Source: Spirochaetia bacterium (GTDB taxonomy: Bacteria > Spirochaetota > Spirochaetia > SZUA-6 > Bin103). Taken from it: DNA of 64,000 nucleotides. The translations under genes and the position numbers were made by a program. The DNA lies in assembly GCA_965203055.1 (NCBI GenBank), contig OZ241863.1, positions 320,001 through 384,000 of the forward strand, given 5' to 3'. Shown here in pieces: positions 1 to 8,664 of the stretch. Position 1 is the first letter of the stretch. Every line of letters starts with the position of its first letter. Below the pieces are notes generated by a model, which saw nothing but the letters and a program-made list of their open reading frames with translations, was not told the DNA's origin and did no database searches.

Positions 1-740
1 AACACGAAGAACAGGGTCGCCTTGTTGGGGCCGCCCTGGGTCATCACGAACACCGGCGCGAAGTACTGGAAGTTGCCGATTACTCCCACGATCAGGTTGA
101 ACAGGATGATCGGCGTCAGCAGCGGCAGGGTGATGCGGCGAAAGCGGCGCCAGGCGCCGGCGCCGTCGATCGACGCCGCCTCCAGCAGCTCCTTGGGAAT
201 CGCCTCCAGGCCGATGATGTACAGGATCATCGCCGCGCCCGACTGCCACAGGAACATCAGGCCCAGCCCCGGCAGCGCCCACTGCGGGGAGAACAGCCAG
301 CCCGGCCCGGCAATGCCGAACAGTTCCAGGAAGCGGTTGAGCAGCCCCACCTCCGGGTTGAGCACGCGCGCGAACAGAATCGCCAGCGCCACCCCCGGAA
401 TCACCGCCGGCACGTAGATGATGGTGGAGAACAGATTCTGGGCGGTGCGGATGCGGTTCACCAGCAGCGCCAGCGCCAGCGCCACCACCACCCGCGACGG
501 CAGCGCGGTGAACACGAAGCTGGAAGTGACGCGCAGCGACTGCCAGAAGTCGAAGTCCCCGAACGCGCGCGCGTAGTTGCCCAACCCGCGCCAGCGCAGC
601 GCCGAGATGCCGTTCCACTCGTACAGCGACAGCAGGAACGCGCCGATCATCGGCCCCGCCAGGAAGACCAGAAACCCGATCAACCACGGGGCCGTGAACA
701 CGTAGGCGGAGATGATCTCCTGTCGCTTGATCGGGGTCAC
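1..740 (-). CDS. Carbohydrate ABC transporter permease (3' end runs off the window)
   Basis: Manual minus-strand translation from GTG at 740: MTPIKRQEIISAYVFTAPWLIGFLVFLAGP...; EAA loop LEAIPKELLEAASIDGAGAWRRF; directly downstream of the SBP gene. Confidence 0.88.
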   Translation of the reverse strand, partial: MTPIKRQEIISAYVFTAPWLIGFLVFLAGPMIGAFLLSLYEWNGISALRWRGLGNYARAFGDFDFWQSLRVTSSFVFTALPSRVVVALALALLVNRIRTAQNLFSTIIYVPAVIPGVALAILFARVLNPEVGLLNRFLELFGIAGPGWLFSPQWALPGLGLMFLWQSGAAMILYIIGLEAIPKELLEAASIDGAGAWRRFRRITLPLLTPIILFNLIVGVIGNFQYFAPVFVMTQGGPNKATLFFV

Positions 741-815
741 GCCGCCGGTCCGCCGCGGCGCGCGCGCCGTTGCCGTTGCGCCGGCCGCCCGCGCCGCTCC
801 TGGGACTTCCTGAAC

Positions 816-2123
816 CTAAAACCCTTCGTCGAGGAGCTCCTGCACCTGCTCCTTGATCGCCAGCATCGCCTCCTCGGGCGTGGCCTCGTTCTGCCACAGC
901 AGGGCGAGCTGGTCGTTGATCAACGTGTTGACGCGCCCCAGGTTGGGCACGATCGGGTCGGTCACCACCGCCTGCTTGAGGGCGTCCACGCGGATCCAGT
1001 TGTTGGCCGGCGCGCCCTCCGGCCCCTCGCGGAACTCGTCGGTGTTGGCGACGTGCTGCAGCGGCGGGTTGTTGAAGCCGGAGGAGATGCTGAAGAAGCC
1101 TTGCCCCACCGGACCGTTGATCAGGTTGATCAACTCCCAGCCATGCTCCTGGTGTTGGCTGGAGGCCATCACCGCCAGCCGTCCGCCATACAGCGGCGCC
1201 CAGCTCCCGGCGGGGCCGTGCGGCAGAAACTGAATGTCCCAGGGATCGGCCATGTCGTAGATGGTGGGCATCTCGAAGGTGTGCAGCATGTACATCGCCG
1301 CCGAGCCGTTCTCGAACATGCCGACCTGGCCGCCGAACGCCTCCTGCTCGGCCGGCGTCGGATGGGCGTGGTGCACGTAGATCAGGTCGTGCATGAACTG
1401 CAGGGCGGCCAGCGTCTCCGGGGAGTCGCCGGTGAAGGTCATGGTGTTGGCGTCGATGAACGCCCCGCCCCAGGCCGCCGGCATGCTGCCGGTAATGCCG
1501 AAGCGGCCGCGGTTGAGGCCGTTGGCGCCCCACTGATTCTCCGGTTCGGAGAGCTTCTTGGCGGCCTCCAGGAAGTCGCCCTCCCAGGTCCAGTCGGCGC
1601 TGGGATAGGCCACGCCGGCTTCGTCGAACAGCCGCTGGTTGTAGGCCAGGATGGTGGTGCCGGTTCCCAGCGGCGCCTGGTAGAGCGCCTCGCCGCGGTT
1701 GTAGAAGCCGTCCGACGACAGCAGGCTGAACCAGCCGGGGTAGAGGCCGCGCTGCTCGTCGAAGTACCCCAGGTCGTTCATCTTGTCGGTCAGCTCCACC
1801 AGCATGCCGTCCAGCTCCAGGGTGAGCCCGCCGTTGATGTTGATCACGTCCGGCGGGGTGCCGCCGGCGATCATGGCCAGCAGCTTGTTGGTGTATTCGC
1901 CGCCCGGAATGTTGATCAGTTCGATGACCACGTTGGGGTTCTTCTCGGTGTAGGCGTCAGCGGAGTTCTGGAAGGCATCCGCCTTGACTGCCCCCCCCCA
2001 AAAGGTGACGACCAGCTTGACCGGCTCGTCGCTCGCTACGGCGCCTTCATCGGAGCCGGCGGCGGCCAGCGGCAGCGCCGCCAGCAGGCCGGCGACGACG
2101 GTCAGTAGCAGTTTTCGGTGCAT
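816..2123 (-). CDS. Sugar ABC transporter extracellular solute-binding protein (family 1)
   Basis: Signal peptide MHRKLLLTVVAGLLAALPLAA; AGGTPPDV, LAYNQRLFDEAGV, WTW motifs; AGGAG RBS before ATG 2123 (the ORF track starts at 2138). Confidence 0.9.
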   Translation of the reverse strand: MHRKLLLTVVAGLLAALPLAAAGSDEGAVASDEPVKLVVTFWGGAVKADAFQNSADAYTEKNPNVVIELINIPGGEYTNKLLAMIAGGTPPDVININGGLTLELDGMLVELTDKMNDLGYFDEQRGLYPGWFSLLSSDGFYNRGEALYQAPLGTGTTILAYNQRLFDEAGVAYPSADWTWEGDFLEAAKKLSEPENQWGANGLNRGRFGITGSMPAAWGGAFIDANTMTFTGDSPETLAALQFMHDLIYVHHAHPTPAEQEAFGGQVGMFENGSAAMYMLHTFEMPTIYDMADPWDIQFLPHGPAGSWAPLYGGRLAVMASSQHQEHGWELINLINGPVGQGFFSISSGFNNPPLQHVANTDEFREGPEGAPANNWIRVDALKQAVVTDPIVPNLGRVNTLINDQLALLWQNEATPEEAMLAIKEQVQELLDEGF

Positions 2124-2336
2124 AGTTGCTCTCCTCATCCCTTGATCTTCTTTCTTGTCGCGTCCCGTGCAGCCCGCGCCGCAGGCTGACGGGACCTTGC
2201 GATCGGCGGCAGGTTAGCATGCGGCGCGTCCGGTGGGGAAGGCGAGGCAAGCGGCTTGCTTGCGCCGGGCGGGCCGAGGTGGGATAGTGGCGCCGCCGGC
2301 GGCGCGGGCGCCCGCGCCTGCCGATTCGAGGTGTCA

Positions 2337-3149
2337 ATGACCGAAGAACAACGCTATCTGTTCGATGCCTTCGGGTACCTGATCGTCCCCGGCGTGGTCA
2401 CGCAGGGGCAGATCGAGGAACTGCGGGCAACGTTGCGCGCGCCGCTGGAACAGGCCGACCGCGAGGCGCCGCAGGAAGGGCCGCTGCACTGGTCGCCGGC
2501 GTGGCGCGATCTGCTGGACCTGCCGGGGTTGAGCCCGCTCCTGGAGGAGCTGATCGGCAACCATGCCCGCGCCGCTGAGTTGCCCGCGGGCCTGCCGACC
2601 TTCCGCATCGATCACGTCAACGTCCATACTCACGTGGCCAAAGGATTTCCGGGAGGGCGCCTGCACGGCGGCTGGAAGGGGACCGGCGGCTCGCAGTTCT
2701 TCCGCTACCACGACGGGCAGTTCTACAACGGACTGGTGGCGGTGGCGTTCGAGCTGTTCGACACCCATCCCAACGGCGGCGGCTTCTGCTGCATTCCCGG
2801 CACCCACAAGGCGAATCTTCCGCTGCCCGACCAGTGGCGCGACCTGAGCCGGGGCATCCACCCCAGCGTGCTGCGGGTGCCGGCCCGCCCCGGCGACGCG
2901 ATCGTGTTCACCGAGGCGCTGACCCACGGCACCCTGCCCTGGACCGCGGCGGCGCCGCGCAGCACCCTGTTCTACAAGTTCTCGCCGCACGGCACCTCGT
3001 GGGGCGGCGCCTACTTCGACCCCGGCGACTATCGCCGCTACCCCGACGTGGACGACCGCAAGCTGGCGCTGCTGGAACCGCCCAACGCGCGCTACCGCGG
3101 GCGCCCGACCATTCCGGAACCGCTCGCCGCGGCCCGCACGGAGGAGTGA
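2337..3149 (+). CDS. Phytanoyl-CoA dioxygenase (PhyH)-like protein
   Basis: MTEEQRYLFDAFGYLIV start, LHGG, GGFCCIPGTHK, GDAIVFTEALTHG typical of the PhyH-like family. Confidence 0.85.
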   Translation: MTEEQRYLFDAFGYLIVPGVVTQGQIEELRATLRAPLEQADREAPQEGPLHWSPAWRDLLDLPGLSPLLEELIGNHARAAELPAGLPTFRIDHVNVHTHVAKGFPGGRLHGGWKGTGGSQFFRYHDGQFYNGLVAVAFELFDTHPNGGGFCCIPGTHKANLPLPDQWRDLSRGIHPSVLRVPARPGDAIVFTEALTHGTLPWTAAAPRSTLFYKFSPHGTSWGGAYFDPGDYRRYPDVDDRKLALLEPPNARYRGRPTIPEPLAAARTEE

Positions 3150-4135
3150 CGGCGATGGAGATTCTCGACCCCGGCCGCGAGATCGTCGATCCGCACCACC
3201 ACCTGTGGAGCGACGCGCGCCGCGGCGACTACCTGCTGGCCGATCTGTACGCGGATACCGGCACCGGCCACAACGTGGTGCAGACGATGTTCGTCGAATG
3301 CGGCGCCGGCTACCGCAGCCGCGGGCCGGAGCACCTGCGGACGGTCGGCGAGACCGAGTGGGTGGCGGGGATCGCGCGCGCCTCGGCGGCCGGCCCCGGC
3401 CCGGAAATCGTCGGCATCGTCGCCTGCGCCGACCTGGCGCTGGGCGACCTGCTGCCGGAGGCGCTGGACGCGCACCTGGCGGCCGGCGGCGGCCTCCTGC
3501 GCGGGATCCGCCACGGACTGGCGCGCGGCAGTCACCGGCCCGGCACCGAGAACGCTCCCGGCCCGGCGCGCGCCGGGCTGGCGGCGGAAGAGCCGTTCCG
3601 GGCCGGCGTCCGCATGCTCGGGCGGCGCGGCCTCACCTACGAGAGCTGGCACTACCACTATCAGATGGGCGAGTTCCTTGAAGTCGCGCGCAGCGCGCCC
3701 GACACCCGCATCATTCTCGATCACTTCGGCACGCCGGTGGGCGTCGGCCGATTCCGCGCGCGCCGCGACCAGATCTTCGCGCAATCGAAGCGCGACGTGG
3801 CGGCCGCCGCGGCGCTGCCCAACGTGGTGGCCAAGCTGGGCGGGCTGGCGATGGCCGACAACGGCTTTGGCTGGGACCGGCGCGCGGAGCCGGTTACGGC
3901 GGAGGAGTTCGCGGCCGCCCAGCGGGAGTACTACCTGCACGCCATCGACTGCTTCGGCACCGAACGCTGCATGTTCGAGAGCAACTTCCCGGTGGAGAAG
4001 GTGTCGGTCTCCTACCCGGTGCTCTACAACGCCTTCAAGCTGATGACCGCCGACTTCTCCGAGGCCGACAAAGACGCCCTGTTCAGCGCCACCGCCCGCC
4101 GCGTCTACGGCCTCCCGCCCGCCGCCGGCGGCTGA
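3146..4135 (+). CDS. Amidohydrolase_2 family metal-dependent hydrolase (sugar-lactonase-like)
   Basis: IVDPHHHLW, LRGIRH, IILDHFG, NVVAKLGG, RCMFESNFPV; GTG start overlaps the upstream stop (alternative ATG at 3155). Confidence 0.87.
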   Translation: MTAMEILDPGREIVDPHHHLWSDARRGDYLLADLYADTGTGHNVVQTMFVECGAGYRSRGPEHLRTVGETEWVAGIARASAAGPGPEIVGIVACADLALGDLLPEALDAHLAAGGGLLRGIRHGLARGSHRPGTENAPGPARAGLAAEEPFRAGVRMLGRRGLTYESWHYHYQMGEFLEVARSAPDTRIILDHFGTPVGVGRFRARRDQIFAQSKRDVAAAAALPNVVAKLGGLAMADNGFGWDRRAEPVTAEEFAAAQREYYLHAIDCFGTERCMFESNFPVEKVSVSYPVLYNAFKLMTADFSEADKDALFSATARRVYGLPPAAGG

Positions 4136-5808
4136 GGTTGAGGGCCGTCGTTCGCGCGCGCGTAGAGTTCGTCGAACAGGCGTTGGGCCGCGCGGTGGTC
4201 TCCGGCTCGCTTGCTCAGAATCGCGGCTTCGAGCAGGTCGTCCTGTCCGCTCCCGGCCGGCACCCGGCCCAGCCAGGCGCGCGCTTCGTCGCTCCGCCCC
4301 CGGTTCAGCAAGGCTGCGCCATAGCGCAGGTAGGGCTGAGCCACGTCGGTCCGGTGCTCGGCCGAGTCGAAACGCTCCAGATGCGCCTTGGCAAGCCGGA
4401 GGTCGTCCAAGACCGCCGCATACTCGATGAGCTGTCCGGCGACCGCGCCGGAACCCGGCTGATCTTCCGCCGCGCGCGCCAAGTGGTCGAGGGCTTGGCG
4501 GCGTTTGCCGGTGGCCCACAGCATGGCGCTTTCCCGCAGCGCGTGGATCACCCGGTAGCGCGGATGAACCGGCAGGATCACCCGGAAGTAGGTGCGCGCG
4601 GCGTCGAAGTCGAAGCGCGGCTCCGGGGACCCGCTTTCCCTCATGTGGCGGCGTATCTTCGGCACGCCGGTGCCTCTCGACTCGGCGAGTCTGAGCTCCT
4701 TCAGGAAGCCGCCGATGCGCCGGTTCCTTGCCGGCACCGCCGGCACCGCGCCGCCGCCGTCGAAATGGAACAGTTCGACGCCGCGTACGGGTCCGGGGTA
4801 GCTGGTGATCTCCATCCGGTCCGGATAGACGTAGACCTTGGTTGGCTCGACCTCCCCATAGGAGCGGTGATATACCGCGTTGACCACCGCTTCCCGGATC
4901 GCCTCATACGGATAGGTCACCATTCGGTCGGCTTCCGCTCTACCCGACACCTTCTCGATGATCGTACTGCCAAGCGACTCCAGGTAGCTCAAAGCCTCTC
5001 TCACCTGATGGTGGAGCGGCCCCTGTATCGTCTGCTCCTCGATGAGGTCGCCGCCGGCGTCATCGGCAAATTGCACGACGTCGATCTGCGCTCCGGGAAA
5101 CACCTGGTGCGGATCATCGGTGAAGAACAGAAGGGCGACGTTGCGCGGCGCCTCGTGAGCATTCAGACGAGAGGTGAGCTGCATCCGCGAATAGACGCCG
5201 CGGCTGAACGGAATGGTCCGGCCTATCTCGCTGCCAATATCGGCCAGGAACCGCTTCACCAATCGTTCCGACACGTCATCGACCCCCACGGCCCTGTTGA
5301 TGCGGTCATCGAACGGAATCTTCGCCGCCTGCTCGAACAGTTGCGAGCGCAGCGCGCCTCTCGCTTCCACGGTCTCCGATCCCTCGCGGACGTAGTACGC
5401 TCGGTCGCTGCCAGCCGCGGTCTTCGGAGCTTCGTAGGGGCGGTTGTCGCCGCCCGGCGCCCAGATCACCAGAATGGAGCGGTCTTCATAGAGCGCCGGA
5501 AAGAGAATCGGGTGATAGAATGGATTGATCCGGTTGCATCGGCCGAGAATCTCTCTCTGTATTCTGTCCAGGTTGGCCGCTTCCAGGCCGCGCGGCGGGA
5601 GCACCGGATTGCCTCTGTCGTCGGTCTCGACACCCAGAATCACGTATCCGCCATTCAGGTTCAACAGGTCGTTCGCGAAGGCGCAGACGGTGCGTACCAC
5701 CGACGCCTGCGTCGCCGGATTCCAGGCCGCCTTGAACTCTCGCCTGTTGTCCTCTACGGACCTGGCATGGATCAGATCGTCGAGACCGACCGGAAGCCCG
5801 CTCTCCAT
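4105..5808 (-). CDS. Schlafen/AlbA_2 + GHKL (RecG-C-like HATPase_c_4) protein with TPR-like C-terminus, possibly C-terminally truncated
   Basis: EDNRREFK...CAFAN...GGYVILGV (AlbA_2); AIREAVVNAVYHRSY, ITSYPG, RNRRI, ESRGTG (GHKL); helical repeat-like tail; 3' end overlaps the convergent gene by 31 bp. Confidence 0.82.
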   Translation of the reverse strand: MESGLPVGLDDLIHARSVEDNRREFKAAWNPATQASVVRTVCAFANDLLNLNGGYVILGVETDDRGNPVLPPRGLEAANLDRIQREILGRCNRINPFYHPILFPALYEDRSILVIWAPGGDNRPYEAPKTAAGSDRAYYVREGSETVEARGALRSQLFEQAAKIPFDDRINRAVGVDDVSERLVKRFLADIGSEIGRTIPFSRGVYSRMQLTSRLNAHEAPRNVALLFFTDDPHQVFPGAQIDVVQFADDAGGDLIEEQTIQGPLHHQVREALSYLESLGSTIIEKVSGRAEADRMVTYPYEAIREAVVNAVYHRSYGEVEPTKVYVYPDRMEITSYPGPVRGVELFHFDGGGAVPAVPARNRRIGGFLKELRLAESRGTGVPKIRRHMRESGSPEPRFDFDAARTYFRVILPVHPRYRVIHALRESAMLWATGKRRQALDHLARAAEDQPGSGAVAGQLIEYAAVLDDLRLAKAHLERFDSAEHRTDVAQPYLRYGAALLNRGRSDEARAWLGRVPAGSGQDDLLEAAILSKRAGDHRAAQRLFDELYARANDGPQPQPPAAGGRP

Positions 5809-5866
5809 CGCTACAGTTCTGCCTGAAGAAGACGATGCTGCCATGTATCGCATCCGCACTCGATTC

Positions 5867-6556
5867 TCAGAACGGTAACAGCTCGTTGAGAATACACGTT
5901 CGTGCGGGAATACCGGTCAAGGCATCCGCAATGGTGTCATCGTCGAGGATCTCGGCCCCTTCCCTCCTGAGCTCGACCGCGGACTCCGGTATGAACAACG
6001 GGCGGCCGAGCCGGAGCGCTTCCCAACCCTGGTATCGAGTGCCGCTGTTCGGACCTGCCTCGACGATCACGGTTGCCGCCGAAAGCAAGGCCATCGTTCG
6101 ATTGCGTAGCGCGAAGTTCATCTTCAGAATCGGTGTTCCCTCGGGAAACTGCGTCACCGCGGCGTGATCGCGGATGATCCGCTGCTGCAGCCTGGAGTTA
6201 CCGGGCGGCGTTGCCTGGTCCAATGGAGTGGCAAGCACCGCAACCGTACGGCCTCCGCAGTCCATGGCCGTTTCGTGCGCGACCGTATCGATTCCCCGGG
6301 CCAGACCGCTCACCACGACCATGTCACGCCGAACCAGTTCCCGCGCGAGGCGGCGAGTCCGACGAATCCCGGCGGGGGATGGCGACCGTGAACCGACCAC
6401 CGAAACCAGGGTGCCCGACTTGAAGATCGATGCGTCGCCGCCGATCCAGAGCCGCTTGGGAGCGCGCTTGCGTTCCAACTCATCGAGCGGACCGATCAGG
6501 TCTTCGACCGTCACCATCTTCCCGAAGCCGGATGCCCTCGCGTCGCTGACCGCCAT
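5867..6556 (-). CDS. Short DprA/Smf-like (SLOG Rossmann-fold) protein
   Basis: VSVVGSR, VVSGLARGIDTVAH, NFALRNRTM, VIVEAGPNSGT; about 229 aa, with no SAM or wHTH extensions evident; ATG at 6556 chosen (ORF-track N-terminal extension is antisense to the next gene). Confidence 0.85.
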   Translation of the reverse strand: MAVSDARASGFGKMVTVEDLIGPLDELERKRAPKRLWIGGDASIFKSGTLVSVVGSRSPSPAGIRRTRRLARELVRRDMVVVSGLARGIDTVAHETAMDCGGRTVAVLATPLDQATPPGNSRLQQRIIRDHAAVTQFPEGTPILKMNFALRNRTMALLSAATVIVEAGPNSGTRYQGWEALRLGRPLFIPESAVELRREGAEILDDDTIADALTGIPARTCILNELLPF

Positions 6557-6760
6557 CACCGCCCCCTTCCCAACGGGCCGATCATCATCACATCGAGCGG
6601 CGGATGACAACAACCGCCGCTTCGAGCGAGCGCGGGCTGGGGCGGGATGGCCGGCAGGCGTCGAACCGGGTGTCCGGCAGCCTTGCGGTTGGCGCGGTTC
6701 GGCGCGGACGACCAGCTCCGGCGGCCGGGTATAATCCGCCCAGGCAGGTACCATACCATA

Positions 6761-8008
6761 ATGACCAAGCTTGAATTGATCGAATTGATCCGCAACCACG
6801 AGAACTCGGGCGTCGAGTTCAAGCGCGACGACATCACCGCCGACCGGCTGGCCGCGGAGATGGCGGCGCTCTTGAATCGCGAAGGCGGCCATATTCTGCT
6901 GGGAGTAGAGGATGATCAGACCGTCAGCGGACTTACGCGCGACAGGATGAAGGCGGAGGAATGGGTCATGGAAGCGGCCCGGTCGCACGTGCAGCCGGCC
7001 ACGATCCCCTCCTGGGAGACGATCCGATGGGATGACGACAAGGTGGTTGGCGTGGTGTCGCTTCCCGCGGACGCCCCGGACAAGCCGTACAAGGCGAAAC
7101 GGGGATCGGGTTGGGTCACCAGGATACGGGTCGGGACCACCACGCGCGATGCCACCCGCGAGGAGGAGGAACGCCTCTACCAACAGTCGGGACAGCTTCA
7201 ATACGAGTTGAAGCCGGTGCCGAGAGCGCCGGGAACCGACGTCGACACCCTCGATCTGCGCCGCCTGCGCGACTACTTTACTCGCGTCCTGGCAGGAACT
7301 GCTCCGAGCGACGACGACGTGGGGGCCTGGAGCACCCTGTTGGCGAACCTGGACTTGGCGACCGCCTCCATTGGCCGCACGACGGCGACCATCGGTGGAG
7401 TGCTGCTGTTCGGGAAGAATCCCAAGCGGTGGCTGCCGCAGTCGGGCATTCGGGCGATCTGCTACCCCGGCGCGCAGCCGGACTACGCGACCCGCGCCGA
7501 CCAGGATCTGCGCGGCCCTCTGGCGCCGCTCCACGCTCGGGACGGCCTGCTCGTGGAGCCGGGGTTGGTGGATCAGGCGTGGGACTTCGTTCGCCGCAAC
7601 ACGACGCCGACTGCGTGGCTCGAAGGCCCCCGGAGGGTCGACCGCTGGGAATACCCGGAAGAGGTGGTTCGCGAAGCAATGGCGAACGCGCTCATCCACC
7701 GCGACTACAGCATCGCCGGCACCGACGTCATGCTGGTCATCTACTCCAACCGCCTCGAAATCGTGAGCCCGGGCCGGCTTCCCAACACCGTGACCCCCGA
7801 AGGTATGAAGCTGGGCGCCCGGTATGCCCGCAATCAGCTCCTGGTCAACGTCATGCGCGACTACGGATACGTCGATGCTCGCGGCATGGGAGTACGCAAC
7901 AAGATCATCCCCGGGATGAAGGCGCACAACGGCACCGAGCCCGACCTGATCGAGGAGGAATACCGCTTCACCGTCCGCCTGTGGAAGGAGGCAACGCGCG
8001 GCTGCTGA
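6761..8008 (+). CDS. Schlafen/AlbA_2 + HATPase_c_4 (RecG-like) ATP-binding protein
   Basis: MTKLELIELIRNHENSGVEFKRDD, GGHILLGVEDD, VREAMANALIHRDY, IVSPGRLP, ARNQLL, RGMG. Confidence 0.88.
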   Translation: MTKLELIELIRNHENSGVEFKRDDITADRLAAEMAALLNREGGHILLGVEDDQTVSGLTRDRMKAEEWVMEAARSHVQPATIPSWETIRWDDDKVVGVVSLPADAPDKPYKAKRGSGWVTRIRVGTTTRDATREEEERLYQQSGQLQYELKPVPRAPGTDVDTLDLRRLRDYFTRVLAGTAPSDDDVGAWSTLLANLDLATASIGRTTATIGGVLLFGKNPKRWLPQSGIRAICYPGAQPDYATRADQDLRGPLAPLHARDGLLVEPGLVDQAWDFVRRNTTPTAWLEGPRRVDRWEYPEEVVREAMANALIHRDYSIAGTDVMLVIYSNRLEIVSPGRLPNTVTPEGMKLGARYARNQLLVNVMRDYGYVDARGMGVRNKIIPGMKAHNGTEPDLIEEEYRFTVRLWKEATRGC

Positions 8009-8089
8009 GACGGTCTACGCCGGCACGGTCGTCGGTGAATGATTCCGGGATCGCGCTCGCGGCCATCACACGATGTCGGGGGTGGGGTC

Positions 8090-8467
8090 GCCGACGGCGC
8101 CGAGCGGCAGACCGGACGGGTCGACGAGGCGATCTTGTGGACCAGCCGCGCCTTGCGCAGCAGGTCGAACGCCCGCCGGTTGGTCGGCCCCGAGTGGCCG
8201 CGGTCCAGGCGCGCGTACTTGATCTGATCGCCGATGGTGCGCGCCGCGCTGAGGAGCACCGCGTCCAGGCAGGTCGGGTCCGCCCGCGGCGCGTACTTCG
8301 CGAAATCGTCGCGGCAGGTGCCGATGATCTCACGCTGGACCCGGGACCTCGGCAAAGCGCCTGATCAGCCAGGTCTTGCCCACCTGGCGCGCGCCTCTGA
8401 CGATGAGCGGCTTGCGCCGGGCTGCGGACTTCCACTTGGCGAGCTGTTCCTGTGCGAACCGATACAT
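8090..8467 (-). pseudogene. Decayed AAA_14/DUF4143 ATP-binding protein
   Basis: ATG 8467 gives MYRFAQEQLAKWKSAARRKPLIVRGARQVGKTWLI (Walker A) then a stop; a second frame gives VQREIIGTCRDDFAKY...QIKYARL...AFDLLRKARLVHKI; a third gives PSGLPLGA. Implies an internal deletion plus frameshifts; lower boundary approximate. Confidence 0.75.
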
Positions 8468-8505
8468 GCCCAAATTGCCCTCGAACGTCCCTTCCGCGCA
8501 CGTGT

Positions 8506-8556
8506 CGTTAGAAAGTCAAGGCACTTTCTAACGGCTCCCATTGGAAAGTCAAGGCA
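8506..8556. promoter_or_regulatory. Operator-like inverted plus direct repeat upstream of the AAA pseudogene
   Basis: Perfect 11-bp IR CGTTAGAAAGT (8506-8516)-caaggc-ACTTTCTAACG (8523-8533); direct repeat GAAAGTCAAGGCA at 8511 and 8544, each containing a minus-strand TTGACT. Confidence 0.6.
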
Positions 8557-8664
8557 AAACAGGACAGGACAGGGGGCGCATTCCCAAAAATGCAGGTAAG
8601 CGTCAGGCCGCTTGGCGGCCAAGCCCAAGTCCCAGTGTAAGATGACATCTCTCGGCGATCTCGA

